Below the pieces are notes generated by a model. It was not told the origin of the DNA and made no database searches. It saw only the letters and a program-made list of their open reading frames with translations. A stretch of DNA of 64,000 nucleotides from positions 4,417 through 68,416 of the forward strand of contig ONYS01000004.1 in assembly GCA_900322095.1 (NCBI GenBank), given 5' to 3'. This document shows, in pieces, positions 18,596 to 29,554 of this stretch. Source of the DNA: an uncultured Prevotella sp. (lineage in GTDB: Bacteria; Bacteroidota; Bacteroidia; Bacteroidales; Bacteroidaceae). Positions within the stretch are counted from its first letter, which is position 1, and each line of letters opens with the position of its first letter. Made by a program: the position numbers and the translations under genes.

Positions 18596-19447
18596 ATGAA
18601 AAAAGCTCTTTCAATGCTTATGCTGATAACCTTAGCAGTCATCTACACTACGAGTTGCAGCGCTGAATCTGTCCTCACGGCAGGAAATCAACAGAAGAAG
18701 CAGACTGTACAATTGAAAACCATCTCGGCCGTAGAGGCCAGTGGATCGCTGAAAGTGACCATATATCAAGGAAAAGCTAAGTGCTACGTTGAACTGAAAG
18801 GCAGTGAGAAAGAACTGAAGAACAGCACGACGAAGGTGAGCGGAAACAAGCTTTACATCAAGCATTCGAACAACCAACCGAATAACAACGATATGGTGGA
18901 AGTGAATGTTTACTGCAAGAATGTGACCGACCTGACTTCCACAACCGGTGCCTATATGACCACAAGCGCCCTTACCGGCGAAAAGGTGGAGCTTTGCGCC
19001 AAGATGGGCGGCCTGATCAAGGTGGGAGAAGTGACGTCGTTGACAGCAAAACTAAGCGCCAACATAGGAGGCAAATTGGATGTGGGCAGCCTCAAGTCGA
19101 CTGAACATGTAGTCTGCGAGGCCAACTCTGGTGGAGAATTGGACATAGACAAACTGACGGCCGTAAAGACAGACCTCTCTGCCATCTCTGGCAGTAAAAT
19201 TGATAGCCACATCATCGCAGACCAACTGAAGGCAGAAGCTATCAGCGGTTCTGAAATAGAACTCGAAGGAACAGCCATCACTGCAACCCTCAAAGCTGCG
19301 AGCGCAGCCCATATCAAAGCCGAAGAGCTCACCGCAAACCATCTCAGCGCCACGGCAAACAGCGCTGGCAGCATTGAGGCCTCGGCCATCACGGCTGAGG
19401 AGCATGCCGACTTGACGAGCGTCATCCGCATCACAAAAGCGAAATAG
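18596..19447 (+). CDS. DUF2807/GIN-domain beta-helix protein, probable lipoprotein
   Basis: Signal with TTSC lipobox-like site, ISAVEASGSLKV, and repeated (A)xSG(S/G)xI/L coils. Confidence 0.75.
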   Translation: MKKALSMLMLITLAVIYTTSCSAESVLTAGNQQKKQTVQLKTISAVEASGSLKVTIYQGKAKCYVELKGSEKELKNSTTKVSGNKLYIKHSNNQPNNNDMVEVNVYCKNVTDLTSTTGAYMTTSALTGEKVELCAKMGGLIKVGEVTSLTAKLSANIGGKLDVGSLKSTEHVVCEANSGGELDIDKLTAVKTDLSAISGSKIDSHIIADQLKAEAISGSEIELEGTAITATLKAASAAHIKAEELTANHLSATANSAGSIEASAITAEEHADLTSVIRITKAK

Positions 19448-19560
19448 GAGGGGGACAGTTGCTGTTGCACAGCGCCCAATGCAACAAAAATAGTAAAAAG
19501 CGACATCGTTTGCAATTTATTTATTAATTTTGCGGTCAGAATATATTCGACAACAACAAC

Positions 19561-21300
19561 ATGAACATTTTAGAGTTAAGCGAACAAGAGATTGTACGCA
19601 GACAAAGTCTTCAGGAGCTGCGCAACATGGGCATTGACCCTTATCCCGCAGCCGAGTTCCCGGTGAATGCCTATTCGAAGGACATCATAGCCGGATTCAA
19701 GGAGGATGAGCAGCGCGATGTCACCATCGCAGGGCGCATCATGAGCCGCCGCGTGATGGGCAAGGCCAGCTTCATGGAGCTCCAGGACAGCAAGGGCAGA
19801 ATTCAGGTTTACGTCACCCGCGACAATATTTGCCCGGGCGAGAACAAGGACCTCTATAATAAGGTATTCAAGAAGCTTCTCGACATCGGCGACTTCGTAG
19901 GTGTGGAAGGCTATGTTTTCAAGACGCAGACGGGCGAGATCTCGGTTCACGCCCGTTCGCTCAAGCTGCTGAGCAAGAGCATCAAGCCGCTGCCCATCGT
20001 GAAATATAAGGATGGCGTGGCCTACGACAAGTTTGACGATCCCGAGCAGCGCTACCGTCAGCGCTACGTTGACCTCATCGTCAACGACGGCGTGAAGGAT
20101 ACGTTCATCAAGCGTGCCACCGTGTTGCGCACGATGCGCAAGATCTTCGACGAGGCCGGCTATACCGAGGTGGAGACTCCGACGCTGCAGAGCATTCCCG
20201 GAGGCGCTTCGGCCCGCCCCTTCATCACCCACTTCAATGCGCTCAACATCGACATGTACATGCGCATCGCCACAGAGCTCTATCTGAAGCGGCTCATCGT
20301 GGGCGGCTTCGAAGGCGTCTACGAGATTGGCAAGAACTTCCGCAACGAGGGTATGGACCGCTTCCACAACCCCGAGTTCACCTGCATGGAGCTCTACGTG
20401 CCCTATAAGGACTACAACTGGATGATGGGTTTCACCGAGAAGATGCTTGAGGAGATCTGCGTCGCCGTCAACGGTAAGCCAGAGGTACAGATTGGCGACA
20501 AGCTTGTCAGCTTCAAGGCTCCCTACCGCCGGCTGCCCATCCTCGATGCCATCAAGGAGAAGACGGGATTCGACCTCGACGGAAAGAACGAGGAGGAAAT
20601 CCGCCATATCGCCGTCGACGAGCTGAAGATGGAAGGCATCGACGAGAGTTTCGGCAAGGGTAAGCTCATCGATGAGATCTTCGGCGAGTTCTGCGAGGGC
20701 ACCTTCGTCCAGCCCACGTTCATCATCGACTATCCCGTCGAGATGTCGCCGCTGACGAAGAAGCACCGCTCAAAGCCCGGACTGACCGAGCGCTTCGAGC
20801 TGATGGTGAACGGCAAGGAGCTGGCCAACGCCTACTCTGAGCTCAACGACCCCATCGACCAGGAGCAGCGCTTCATCGACCAGATGAAACTGGCCGACAA
20901 GGGCGACGACGAGGCCATGATCATCGATCACGACTTCCTGCGCGCTCTGCAGTATGGCATGCCTCCCACGAGCGGTATCGGCATCGGCATCGACCGACTG
21001 GTGATGCTCATGACCGGCAAGGAGTACATCCAAGAGGTGATGCTCTTCCCGCAGATGAAGCCGGAGCCCAAGATTCCGCAGAGCTCTCTGAAAGAGTGGG
21101 AAGCCATCGGCGTCAGCGAGAACTGGATGTACGTGCTCCGCAAGGCCGGATTCAATCTCATCAGCGACATCAAGGGCGAGAAGGCTCAGGGCCTGCAGCA
21201 GAAAATTGGCGAAATCAACAAAAAATACAAGTTGGGCTATGAGAAGCCCAGTGTTGAGGAGATCCAGCAGTGGATCGACAAGGCCGCTGCCAACGCATAA
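19561..21300 (+). CDS. lysS: Lysine--tRNA ligase (class II)
   Basis: RYRQRYVDL, FRNEGMDRFHNPEF, ERFEL and YGMPPTSGIGIGIDR motifs. Confidence 0.98.
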   Translation: MNILELSEQEIVRRQSLQELRNMGIDPYPAAEFPVNAYSKDIIAGFKEDEQRDVTIAGRIMSRRVMGKASFMELQDSKGRIQVYVTRDNICPGENKDLYNKVFKKLLDIGDFVGVEGYVFKTQTGEISVHARSLKLLSKSIKPLPIVKYKDGVAYDKFDDPEQRYRQRYVDLIVNDGVKDTFIKRATVLRTMRKIFDEAGYTEVETPTLQSIPGGASARPFITHFNALNIDMYMRIATELYLKRLIVGGFEGVYEIGKNFRNEGMDRFHNPEFTCMELYVPYKDYNWMMGFTEKMLEEICVAVNGKPEVQIGDKLVSFKAPYRRLPILDAIKEKTGFDLDGKNEEEIRHIAVDELKMEGIDESFGKGKLIDEIFGEFCEGTFVQPTFIIDYPVEMSPLTKKHRSKPGLTERFELMVNGKELANAYSELNDPIDQEQRFIDQMKLADKGDDEAMIIDHDFLRALQYGMPPTSGIGIGIDRLVMLMTGKEYIQEVMLFPQMKPEPKIPQSSLKEWEAIGVSENWMYVLRKAGFNLISDIKGEKAQGLQQKIGEINKKYKLGYEKPSVEEIQQWIDKAAANA

Positions 21301-21372
21301 TTGGCAGTGGATTCTTGCCCGGTTCCTGCAGGGGTTGATGACGCCCCATCAATAAGCAAACATTAAACAAAC

Positions 21373-22365
21373 ATGGATACAGCAAAGATAGCGATCATGG
21401 GGGGTGGCTCTTGGGCCACGTCGATAGCCAAAGTCGTGGTCGGCCATACCCACCACATCGGCTGGTATATGCGGCGCGACGACCGTATTGCCGACTTCAA
21501 GCGGCTGGGCCACAATCCGGCCTACATGCAGTGCGCAAAGTTTGACGTGAGCGAGATCGACTTCACGTCGGACATCAACGCCATCGTCGACGCCTACGAC
21601 ACGCTCATCTTCGTGACTCCCTCGCCTTATCTGAAGGAACACCTGAGCAAGCTCACGCGAGGGCTGAAAGACAAGTTCATCGTCACGGCCATCAAGGGCA
21701 TCGTTCCCGGTGAGGATCTCGTCTGCTCCGAATATTTCCATCAGAAGTATGGCGTCGCCTACGACCATCAGGCCATCATCGGCGGCCCGTCGCATGCCGA
21801 GGAGGTGGCGCTGGAGCGGCTGAGCTATCTCACCATCGGCTGCACCGACCGCCAGAAGGGCGAGGTATTCTCCCGTGTGCTTGCCAACGACTACATCAGG
21901 ACGAAGGTCTCGACCGACGTTGTAGGCATCGAGTATGCGGCCGTGTTGAAAAACGTGTATGCCATCGCCGCGGGAATCTGCAACGGACTGAAATACGGCG
22001 ACAACTTTCTGGCCGTGCTGCTCTCCAATGCCATGCAGGAGATGGGCCGCTTCCTGGCCGTCATCAATCCCGTGGAGCGCGACCTCAGCGACAGCGTCTA
22101 TCTGGGCGACCTGCTCGTCACCGGCTATTCTGGCTTCAGCCGCAACCGCACCTTCGGCACGATGATAGGCCGTGGCTACTCGGTGAAGAGCGCGCAGCTG
22201 GAGATGCGCATGATTGCCGAGGGCTATTTCGGCACGAAGTGCATGAAGGAGATCAACCGCAAGCTGCACGTCGACATGCCCATGCTCGACACGGTCTACG
22301 ACATTCTCTATGAGGGTGCCTTCCCCAAAACCGCCATCGCCCAACTGGCCCAGAAACTCAACTGA
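21373..22365 (+). CDS. gpsA: NAD(P)H-dependent glycerol-3-phosphate dehydrogenase
   Basis: GGGSWAT, GGPSHAEEV, LKNVYAI and GDLLVTGYSGFSRNR motifs. Confidence 0.95.
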   Translation: MDTAKIAIMGGGSWATSIAKVVVGHTHHIGWYMRRDDRIADFKRLGHNPAYMQCAKFDVSEIDFTSDINAIVDAYDTLIFVTPSPYLKEHLSKLTRGLKDKFIVTAIKGIVPGEDLVCSEYFHQKYGVAYDHQAIIGGPSHAEEVALERLSYLTIGCTDRQKGEVFSRVLANDYIRTKVSTDVVGIEYAAVLKNVYAIAAGICNGLKYGDNFLAVLLSNAMQEMGRFLAVINPVERDLSDSVYLGDLLVTGYSGFSRNRTFGTMIGRGYSVKSAQLEMRMIAEGYFGTKCMKEINRKLHVDMPMLDTVYDILYEGAFPKTAIAQLAQKLN

Positions 22366-22411
22366 GAATATTCCGAAATAGAGAAAACAACGATTTAAAC
22401 GTATTATAACA

Positions 22412-23770
22412 ATGCAGAACATTCAATTAGATGTCACTAAAGCCGTAGAGTTCTTGAAACCCGGCACAGTGGAGGCTTATGAGCCTAAGGTAAAAGCCGC
22501 TCAGGAGGCTTTGGAAAACGGAACCTGCCAAGGCAATGATTTTCTCGGCTGGCTTCATCTTCCCTCTTCCATCACCGACGCATTCCTGGCCGACATTCAG
22601 GCCTGCGCCGACCGTCTGCGCGCTAAGTGCCAATACGTGGTGGTTTGCGGCATCGGCGGTTCCTACCTGGGAGCACGTGCCGTGATCGAGGCTCTGAGCA
22701 ACAGCCTTAGCTGGCTGATTGGCGACAAGAAGAATCCCGTGGTTCTCTTTGCCGGCAACAATATCAGTGAGGACTATCTCGCCGAGCTGACCGAATTTCT
22801 CAAAGGCAAGGACTTTGGTGTCATCAATATCTCCAAGTCGGGCACGACCACAGAGACTGCCCTGGCCTTCCGTCTGCTCAAGAAGCAATGCGAGAGCCAG
22901 CGCGGCAAGGAAGTGGCCAAGGATGTCATCGTGGCCATCACCGATGCCAGGAAGGGCGCTGCCCGCGTCACGGCCGACAAGGAAGGCTACACCTCTTTCG
23001 TTATCCCCGACAACGTTGGCGGCCGCTTCTCTGTCCTCACTCCGGTAGGCCTGCTGCCCATCGCTGTGGCAGGTTTCGACATCAAACAGCTTGTAGCCGG
23101 TGCACAGGACATGGAGAAGGCCACAGCTGCCAGCGTTCCCTTCAAGGAGAACATCGCCGCACAGTATGCAGCCGTGCGCCAGGGTCTCTACACCCAGGCC
23201 GGCAAGAAGATTGAGATCATCGCCAACTTCCAGCCGAAGCTCCACTACTTCGCTGAGTGGTGGAAGCAGCTCTACGGCGAGAGCGAGGGCAAGGAGAACA
23301 AGGGCGTATTCCCCGCTGCATGCGACTTCACTACCGACCTCCACTCTATGGGTCAGTGGATCCAGCAGGGCGAGCGCAGCATCTTCGAGACCGTGCTCTC
23401 CATCGAGCACACTGAGCGCGAGATGCTCTTCCCCAGCGATGAGGAGAACCTCGACGGCCTGAACTTCCTCGCCGGAAAGCACGTGGACGAAGTCAACAAG
23501 ATGGCCGAGCTCGGTACACGTCTCGCCCACGTTGATGGCGGCGTGCCCAACCTGCGCGTCAGCGTTCCCCATCTCAACGCCTACTATCTGGGCCAGCTCA
23601 TCTATTTCTTCGAGAAGGCATGCGGCATCAGCGGTCTGCTGGAGGAGGTCAACCCCTTCAACCAGCCTGGTGTTGAGGCTTACAAGAAGAATATGTTCGC
23701 ACTGCTCAACAAGCCTGGCTATGAGGCTGAGAGCAAGGCCATTCAGGAGCGTCTGGCCAAGGAGGCTTAA
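22412..23770 (+). CDS. pgi: Glucose-6-phosphate isomerase
   Basis: [33 protein letters not shown] and [12 protein letters not shown] motifs. Confidence 0.97.
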   Translation: MQNIQLDVTKAVEFLKPGTVEAYEPKVKAAQEALENGTCQGNDFLGWLHLPSSITDAFLADIQACADRLRAKCQYVVVCGIGGSYLGARAVIEALSNSLSWLIGDKKNPVVLFAGNNISEDYLAELTEFLKGKDFGVINISKSGTTTETALAFRLLKKQCESQRGKEVAKDVIVAITDARKGAARVTADKEGYTSFVIPDNVGGRFSVLTPVGLLPIAVAGFDIKQLVAGAQDMEKATAASVPFKENIAAQYAAVRQGLYTQAGKKIEIIANFQPKLHYFAEWWKQLYGESEGKENKGVFPAACDFTTDLHSMGQWIQQGERSIFETVLSIEHTEREMLFPSDEENLDGLNFLAGKHVDEVNKMAELGTRLAHVDGGVPNLRVSVPHLNAYYLGQLIYFFEKACGISGLLEEVNPFNQPGVEAYKKNMFALLNKPGYEAESKAIQERLAKEA

Positions 23771-23794
23771 CACAGATTCGATGAAGCTTTGAGC

Positions 23795-23836
23795 AAGAGG
23801 GGTAGGCGCTGTTGTAAGATAGTGCCGCCCCTTTTT
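23795..23836 (+). terminator. Probable terminator after pgi
   Basis: AAGAGGGGTAGGCGCT...AGTGCCGCCCCTTTTT. Confidence 0.6.
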
Positions 23837-23982
23837 GAGTTAAAACGATAGGAGTCAGGAACAATGAGACCGGCTTTCAATACGAAATAAATGTATCGAA
23901 GCGCAGGTTCCGGCTATCAGTCGCGCCGTTGACTCCCGACTTCTACAACTTCACCCCCAATAGCGGGCGAACAACCAATCAA

Positions 23983-24747
23983 ATGCAAGAAAAGACAATA
24001 AAGCAATATCTCTCCACCCATGTACCGTCAGCCGTGAGATGGGAAGGGTTCAAAGCCGTGATGTTCGATATGGACGGCGTGCTCTACGACAGCATGCCCC
24101 ATCATGCCATAGCCTGGCAGGAGAGCATGAAGCGCTTCGACATCAACATGACAGCCGACGACGCCTATGCCACAGAAGGCGCGAGAGGAGTTGACACCAT
24201 ACGGATGATGGTGCGCAAGCAGAAAGGGAAGGAAATCACCGAGGAGGAAGCGCAACACATGTATGACGTGAAGACCGACATCTTCCACCACATGGAGCAG
24301 GCACCGGTGTTCGACGGCGTGCTGACGCTGATGGAGAAAATCCACAAGGCTGGTCTGTCGGTCAACGTTGTGACGGGCTCTGGCCAACGGCCTCTCATCA
24401 AGCGCCTGTTGTCCGATTTCGGGCGTTATCTTGACGAGGACCACATCACTACGGCCTACGACGTGAAGCGCGGCAAGCCCAATCCCGATCCTTATCTTGC
24501 CGGACTCCGCAAGGCAGGCAACCTGAAGCCCTGGGAAGGAATCGTGATAGAGAACGCGCCCCTGGGTGTCAAGGCCGGTGTGGCCGCAGGCTGCTTCACC
24601 ATCGCCGTCAACAGCGGTCCCCTGCCCGATGAGCAGCTCATCAACGCCGGAGCCAACATTCTCTACAGCAAGATCTCACAGGTTGCCGACGACTTCGACA
24701 GCATGATGAAAATCTGCGCAGAACTTGTACATCTCAAACAAAAATAA
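23983..24747 (+). CDS. HAD-family hydrolase (beta-phosphoglucomutase-like)
   Basis: FDMDGVL, VTGS, GKPNPDPY and IENAPLG motifs. Confidence 0.88.
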   Translation: MQEKTIKQYLSTHVPSAVRWEGFKAVMFDMDGVLYDSMPHHAIAWQESMKRFDINMTADDAYATEGARGVDTIRMMVRKQKGKEITEEEAQHMYDVKTDIFHHMEQAPVFDGVLTLMEKIHKAGLSVNVVTGSGQRPLIKRLLSDFGRYLDEDHITTAYDVKRGKPNPDPYLAGLRKAGNLKPWEGIVIENAPLGVKAGVAAGCFTIAVNSGPLPDEQLINAGANILYSKISQVADDFDSMMKICAELVHLKQK

Positions 24748-24783
24748 TACTTTTGCACCCGAAAAGTAAAATTTTTAGTTCTT

Positions 24784-25623
24784 ATGAAATATTTCATTTT
24801 AGACAGCAACTCCCAACAGCAGGGTCCGTTCAGCATCTATGAGCTCAAAGACCGCGGCATCAACGAACAGACGTTGGTGTGGGCCGAAGGTATGGACAAC
24901 TGGCAGCCAGCCTGGCAAGTGGAGGAAATCAAGCGATATCTCTTCGACCAGCAGGCAGGCACTCCACCTCCCCCACCACCCCACTCCAACATGGATCAGC
25001 AGTTCACGCAACAGCCCATGACTCCACAGCCGCAAAAGGGACACAAGGGGCTTATCTTCGGTGCCATCATTGCCTTGGTGCTGCTCATTATTCTCGCCAT
25101 CACAAATCCCGACCGTCGTCAGCATTCCGACGCCATCGTCAAGGCCATCACCGAGACGGTAGACAGCGAGGCCCGCAAGTCGGGAGTTCTCGACAATGGA
25201 ATCGGCGAGATAGGGCGCATGATTGCCGACCGCATGACGTCGTCGATGATCGACCAGCTGCTCGACTATCACAACTACGTGCTGTTCTCAAAGTCCACCA
25301 TCACCTTTGCCGACAAGACCTACACGGTGTCGTGGGGACTGCTGGGACGTGTGTTCACGGTATCCAACGAGCGGCTCAGCAAGCAACTGGAAAAGAATCT
25401 GCACATGCCTTCGGTCGACAGAGAGTCTACGGTCATTGAGGAATCAACATCGCCAGACGGAGAGACAACCATCGACTCCACGACCATCTCAAGTAAAGGC
25501 ACCGACAAGATAGTAGACGGCGTGAGCGACATCGTGAAAGATCAGGTAAAACAGAACACCGACAGCGCCACAAGCAGCACCATCAACAAACTGATCGACG
25601 ACGTAAAGGGTCTGTTAAAGTAG
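24784..25623 (+). CDS. GYF_2 (DUF4339) + TM + DUF4359-like protein
   Basis: QQGPFS...LVWAEGMDNW, Pro-rich linker, TM helix, TNP...H, YHNYVLFS...GLLGRVF. Confidence 0.75.
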   Translation: MKYFILDSNSQQQGPFSIYELKDRGINEQTLVWAEGMDNWQPAWQVEEIKRYLFDQQAGTPPPPPPHSNMDQQFTQQPMTPQPQKGHKGLIFGAIIALVLLIILAITNPDRRQHSDAIVKAITETVDSEARKSGVLDNGIGEIGRMIADRMTSSMIDQLLDYHNYVLFSKSTITFADKTYTVSWGLLGRVFTVSNERLSKQLEKNLHMPSVDRESTVIEESTSPDGETTIDSTTISSKGTDKIVDGVSDIVKDQVKQNTDSATSSTINKLIDDVKGLLK

Positions 25624-25632
25624 TTCTGCTTC

Positions 25633-26337
25633 ATGGAATACTATATATTAGACCGCAACAATCAGCCCTATGGGCCCTTTACGCTGCTGAAGCTCCGCGA
25701 GATGAAGCTCAACAGCAAATCCTTCGTTTGGGCTCAAGGCTGGGACAAATGGGTCAGAGCCGGTGATGTGGAGGAAATCAACAAGTACGTGCTTCATGCC
25801 CATACGGAGCGGGCTGCGGCTGCACCGGTCCCTCCCACTCCGCCAGTCCAGCATATTTCGCCTGTTGCCGAACCAAAGCCCGCTGCAAAGCCCAAGCCCG
25901 AGGCTAAGCCCCGCACAATTAGCTTCAGCGATGACGATGCTCCTACGGCGAAGAGTACACCAAAGCCAAAGCACACGGAGGCTGTCAGCCAGCCGGCCAA
26001 GCCCATGTCGAAGCGCAGACGCCGCAGCCTGGTCTGGGCGCTGGTCATCTTCGCGCTGATATGCGTGCTCACCTCCACTAATCCCAACATCTTCGCCCAT
26101 CGACGTGCTGCACGCGAAGTGGTGGAAGAGGCCGTACAGGCCGACATCAGCAGTGGCAACACCAGCGGCAAAGATTATCCCAACGGGACGTCAGTAGACA
26201 ACATATTCGACGCATCCCTGGTATATCATAATTATTATTTGTTCTCGACTACAACCATACAGCTCCGCCGCACGACACATTTCCTTTCCCTTGGCATCTT
26301 GGGACAGGTGTTTACGGTGTCGGCTGGAATGTTATAA
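25633..26337 (+). CDS. Paralogous GYF_2 + TM + DUF4359-like protein
   Basis: YGPFT...VWAQGWDKW, Pro-rich linker, TM helix, TNP...H, YHNYYLFS...GILGQVF. Confidence 0.75.
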   Translation: MEYYILDRNNQPYGPFTLLKLREMKLNSKSFVWAQGWDKWVRAGDVEEINKYVLHAHTERAAAAPVPPTPPVQHISPVAEPKPAAKPKPEAKPRTISFSDDDAPTAKSTPKPKHTEAVSQPAKPMSKRRRRSLVWALVIFALICVLTSTNPNIFAHRRAAREVVEEAVQADISSGNTSGKDYPNGTSVDNIFDASLVYHNYYLFSTTTIQLRRTTHFLSLGILGQVFTVSAGML

Positions 26338-26349
26338 AAGACTATCTAA

Positions 26350-26877
26350 ATGGAAAACGAAACATTAAAGACTATTCATGAACGCCGAAGCATACGCAGC
26401 TTCAAGCCGAAACAGATTACCGACGAAGAACTGCGCACCGTATTGGAGGCCGGCACATGGGCTCCCACAGGAATGGGAAGTCAGGATCCCATCATCGTCG
26501 CCGTACAGAACAAGGAATTGGCCGATGAAATCCGACAGCTCAACGCCCGCATGATGGGCACCAAGAGCGATCCCTACTACGGAGCACCGACGCTGGTGCT
26601 GGTGTTCTCTCCCAAGAGCAATCCCAACCACGTGAAGGATGGAGCTTTGATATTGGGCACCATGATGCTCGCCGCCCACAGCATCGGGCTTGGCTCTTGC
26701 TGGATAAACCGCTGCGAGGTCGTATTCAGCGAACTGCCCGAAAGTGCATCGCTGCGCCAACGTCTGAACGTCCCTGAAGGCTACGAAGGCATTGGAAGCC
26801 TGGCTCTGGGCTATCCCAAGACTGAACCTCATGCCGCTAAAGCCCGCAAGGAGGATTATTTCAGAATCATCAAGTAA
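26350..26877 (+). CDS. Nitroreductase family protein
   Basis: RRSIRSF, APTG, AAHSIGLGSCWI and LALGY motifs. Confidence 0.92.
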   Translation: MENETLKTIHERRSIRSFKPKQITDEELRTVLEAGTWAPTGMGSQDPIIVAVQNKELADEIRQLNARMMGTKSDPYYGAPTLVLVFSPKSNPNHVKDGALILGTMMLAAHSIGLGSCWINRCEVVFSELPESASLRQRLNVPEGYEGIGSLALGYPKTEPHAAKARKEDYFRIIK

Positions 26878-26941
26878 CAATCTGACGCGGATTCAGGACG
26901 GCCAAAAGCTGTTCCTCATCCGCGCCTTAAACCGCAAAGAC

Positions 26942-27139
26942 ATGATATCAAAGGAAGAAGTAGATGCCTATCGCCAGTTGGTGTATGAGGCAATGATCAA
27001 AAATCATGGTGGTGGCAGCCTGACCGATGAAGGCCGCAAAGAACTGAAAGACATTCTTGAGACTTTCTCTGATGACGAATTGAAGTTCGGAATGCCATTC
27101 AACACGCCCGAGGAGATGGCGCAAATGCTTACTGAATAA
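26942..27139 (+). CDS. Small acidic hypothetical protein (65 aa)
   Basis: ORF MISKEEVDAYRQ...FNTPEEMAQMLTE, co-oriented after the nitroreductase. Confidence 0.55.
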   Translation: MISKEEVDAYRQLVYEAMIKNHGGGSLTDEGRKELKDILETFSDDELKFGMPFNTPEEMAQMLTE

Positions 27140-27308
27140 TAGCTCACCACCTTCCAAACACTACTATCAAAACTACTGCCGCCGGCGAACATAAATCCCC
27201 GACGCAAGGGTATGAGCGCTGACTAAAAAGACTAATACTCGGTCATTACACTCCTAATGAGCCTAATTTTTCTATACTGCATGAGAAATATTTTTTGCCG
27301 ATTCACGA

Positions 27309-28745
27309 TTATTCGCTCAGCGTGAAGCGGAAGCAGAGACCACCCGTAAGATTGTTGGTCACGGTTATTGTGCCGCCATGAAGCAACACAGCATTTTTCA
27401 CAATAGCCAGTCCAAGTCCCGTACCGCCCATCTTGCGGCTGCGCCCTTTGTCAACACGGTAGAAGCGTTCAAACAAGCGCGGCAGATGTTCGGGCGCTAC
27501 GCCCACGCCATTGTCGCTGAAGGTGAATCTCCAACGCTGCGGCAATCCCGCGATATTGTCATCATCGTCGAGTTTGGCACGAAGGGTTATCGTGGTGTTC
27601 TCTCCCGCATAGTTGATGGCATTGTCGGTGAGATTGCGGAAGATGCTGTAGAGCAACGAGCGATTGCCATGCACGAGTACCCGGTCGGGCATCTGATTGT
27701 CGAATTTCATGTGGCGTTCTTCCAATTGCAAATGAACGTCCTTCTCAATGCCCTTCACCAGCTCCATAATGTCCACAACCTCGCTCGTCCCCATCAAATC
27801 GGGAGCGTCGTCAATACGGTTGAGCGTAGAGATGTCGCGCAAGAGCGACGTGAGCCGCTGCGACTGTGCATAGCAACGGTCTATAAACTGCTTCTTTGTT
27901 GCTTCGGGTGCTTGAGGATAGTTGATCAACGTCTCCAAATATCCTTGTATACTTGCCACAGGGGTCTTCAGTTCATGGGCAACATTCTGTGTCAGTTGTC
28001 GTTTCAGTACATCCTGCTCTTTCTGAGTGGTCTGCAGGCGCTTATACAATTTGATGATTCGTTCTGCAATCTCGCCCAGTTCATCATTGGGAAATTCAAT
28101 CAAGTCTTCCGTATCTACAGTCTCGTTGTGGTCCACACGTTTGGCGAATCTTCTCAAGTTGGAAATATTCTGTCCCAGCCGATGGATGAAACGATAAAGC
28201 ACCCACGTCAGCAAAATGACAGCAAACAGCGCAAACCACAAGAAGTGGCTGTCGGCCGTGAGCTGGCGCACGACATCATTGTCGTAAGGAATGGCCGACC
28301 TCACAACGAGATGAATCTTAGGAATATAGGTAGCCGAATAGAAATAGGAGCCACTCGTGGTCGTACTATTTCTATCCACAGAGTATCCCAGTCCGGTGCT
28401 GAGGGCCTGTCTCACTTCCGGACGGCTCTTGTGATTGGTGAATTTAGCGTAATCTTTCCGTTTCGAATCGAAGACCACACGGCCATCAGGCTTAATCAGC
28501 GTGACGCGCATCCCCTTGAAACTCCGGCGGTTGACATAGGCTTGCAAGGTTGAATCCTGAATCTGCCCATTCTCCAACTCGTCGACATAGAGCATACGAT
28601 TGAAGTCCTGCAGACGCGTATTGAAGAGTTCCACCTTATACTGGCGTTCACGAATCTGCTGGAAAACAATAAATCCGGCGGCAAACAACAAAAACACCGC
28701 CATCACACTGACATAGAGTCTTTGACCTACTGAGAGTCTTCGCAT
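27309..28745 (-). CDS. Sensor histidine kinase (PhoR-like)
   Basis: Two TMs, periplasmic NHKSRPEV, HAMP domain, HELKTP, NLTDNAINY, DNGVG, FERFYRVDKGRSR and GGTGLGL. Confidence 0.93.
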   Translation of the reverse strand: MRRLSVGQRLYVSVMAVFLLFAAGFIVFQQIRERQYKVELFNTRLQDFNRMLYVDELENGQIQDSTLQAYVNRRSFKGMRVTLIKPDGRVVFDSKRKDYAKFTNHKSRPEVRQALSTGLGYSVDRNSTTTSGSYFYSATYIPKIHLVVRSAIPYDNDVVRQLTADSHFLWFALFAVILLTWVLYRFIHRLGQNISNLRRFAKRVDHNETVDTEDLIEFPNDELGEIAERIIKLYKRLQTTQKEQDVLKRQLTQNVAHELKTPVASIQGYLETLINYPQAPEATKKQFIDRCYAQSQRLTSLLRDISTLNRIDDAPDLMGTSEVVDIMELVKGIEKDVHLQLEERHMKFDNQMPDRVLVHGNRSLLYSIFRNLTDNAINYAGENTTITLRAKLDDDDNIAGLPQRWRFTFSDNGVGVAPEHLPRLFERFYRVDKGRSRKMGGTGLGLAIVKNAVLLHGGTITVTNNLTGGLCFRFTLSE

Positions 28746-28757
28746 ACGCGTAATGTT

Positions 28758-29450
28758 TTAAGCGTCAAAATAATAGCCGAAGCCCAACCGCGTGACGATG
28801 CACTTGGCAAAGCGTCCCACCTTCTTGCGCAGGCGTGTAATGTTGACATCTACCGTACGGTCGAGCACAAGTACGTCCTTTGGCCACACCCGTTCAATGA
28901 GCTGTTCGCGCGAGAACACGCGTCCCCGCTCAGAGAGAAGCAGATAGAGCAGCTCAAACTCGGTCTTGGTGAAAGCCACTTCTTCGCCATCGATGGTGAC
29001 CGTCTTCTTGTCAAGATCCATCACGAGTCCCTGATAGGAAATCGTGGAATGCTGGGGTTCCCCGTGCTGCTCAGCCGTGCGGCGCAGCACAGCTCTCACC
29101 CTTACCAAGACCTCACGCAGGGAGAAAGGCTTGGAGATATAGTCATCGGCACCGAGATTAAAGCCGGTGATGGTATCGTTCTCCGTGTCTTTTGCAGTCA
29201 GGAAGATAATAGGAATTTCTGCAGTCGTTGGGTCTGCCTTCAGCTTTTTTGCCAAGGCGAATCCCGACATTCCCCCCATCATGACATCGAGCAAAAGCAA
29301 GTCAAACGAAGTCAAGTCCAACTCCAAGGCTTCCTCAGCCGAATTGGCCGTCTCAACCTCATAGCCTTCTGTCTCCAGATTGAATTTCAAAATCTCACAT
29401 AAATCCTGTTCGTCGTCGACGACCAGAATACGATAATGATGTTCAGCCAT
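28758..29450 (-). CDS. OmpR/PhoB-family response regulator
   Basis: LVVDDE, LLDVMM, FLTAK, GADDYISKPF and winged helix RTVDVNITRLR. Confidence 0.95.
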   Translation of the reverse strand: MAEHHYRILVVDDEQDLCEILKFNLETEGYEVETANSAEEALELDLTSFDLLLLDVMMGGMSGFALAKKLKADPTTAEIPIIFLTAKDTENDTITGFNLGADDYISKPFSLREVLVRVRAVLRRTAEQHGEPQHSTISYQGLVMDLDKKTVTIDGEEVAFTKTEFELLYLLLSERGRVFSREQLIERVWPKDVLVLDRTVDVNITRLRKKVGRFAKCIVTRLGFGYYFDA

Positions 29451-29517
29451 ATCTCCTCATCTAAATCTTTTACACTGCAAAATTACGACAATTTCTTCAA
29501 CAAGCCAAAAGCAAGAC

Positions 29518-29554
29518 GTGACAATCATGTTACACATATTACAATTGCGCTACA
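29518..29554 (-). promoter_or_regulatory. Candidate Pho-box-like direct repeats upstream of the response regulator
   Basis: TGTAGC/TGTAAT/TGTAAC/TGTCAC on the - strand at 11, 9 and 11 bp spacing. -7 box TAATTTTG at 29478-29485. Confidence 0.55.

Noticed and set aside
21060-21300. C-terminal extension on LysS
   Set aside because: A common feature of Bacteroidales LysS, so not novel.
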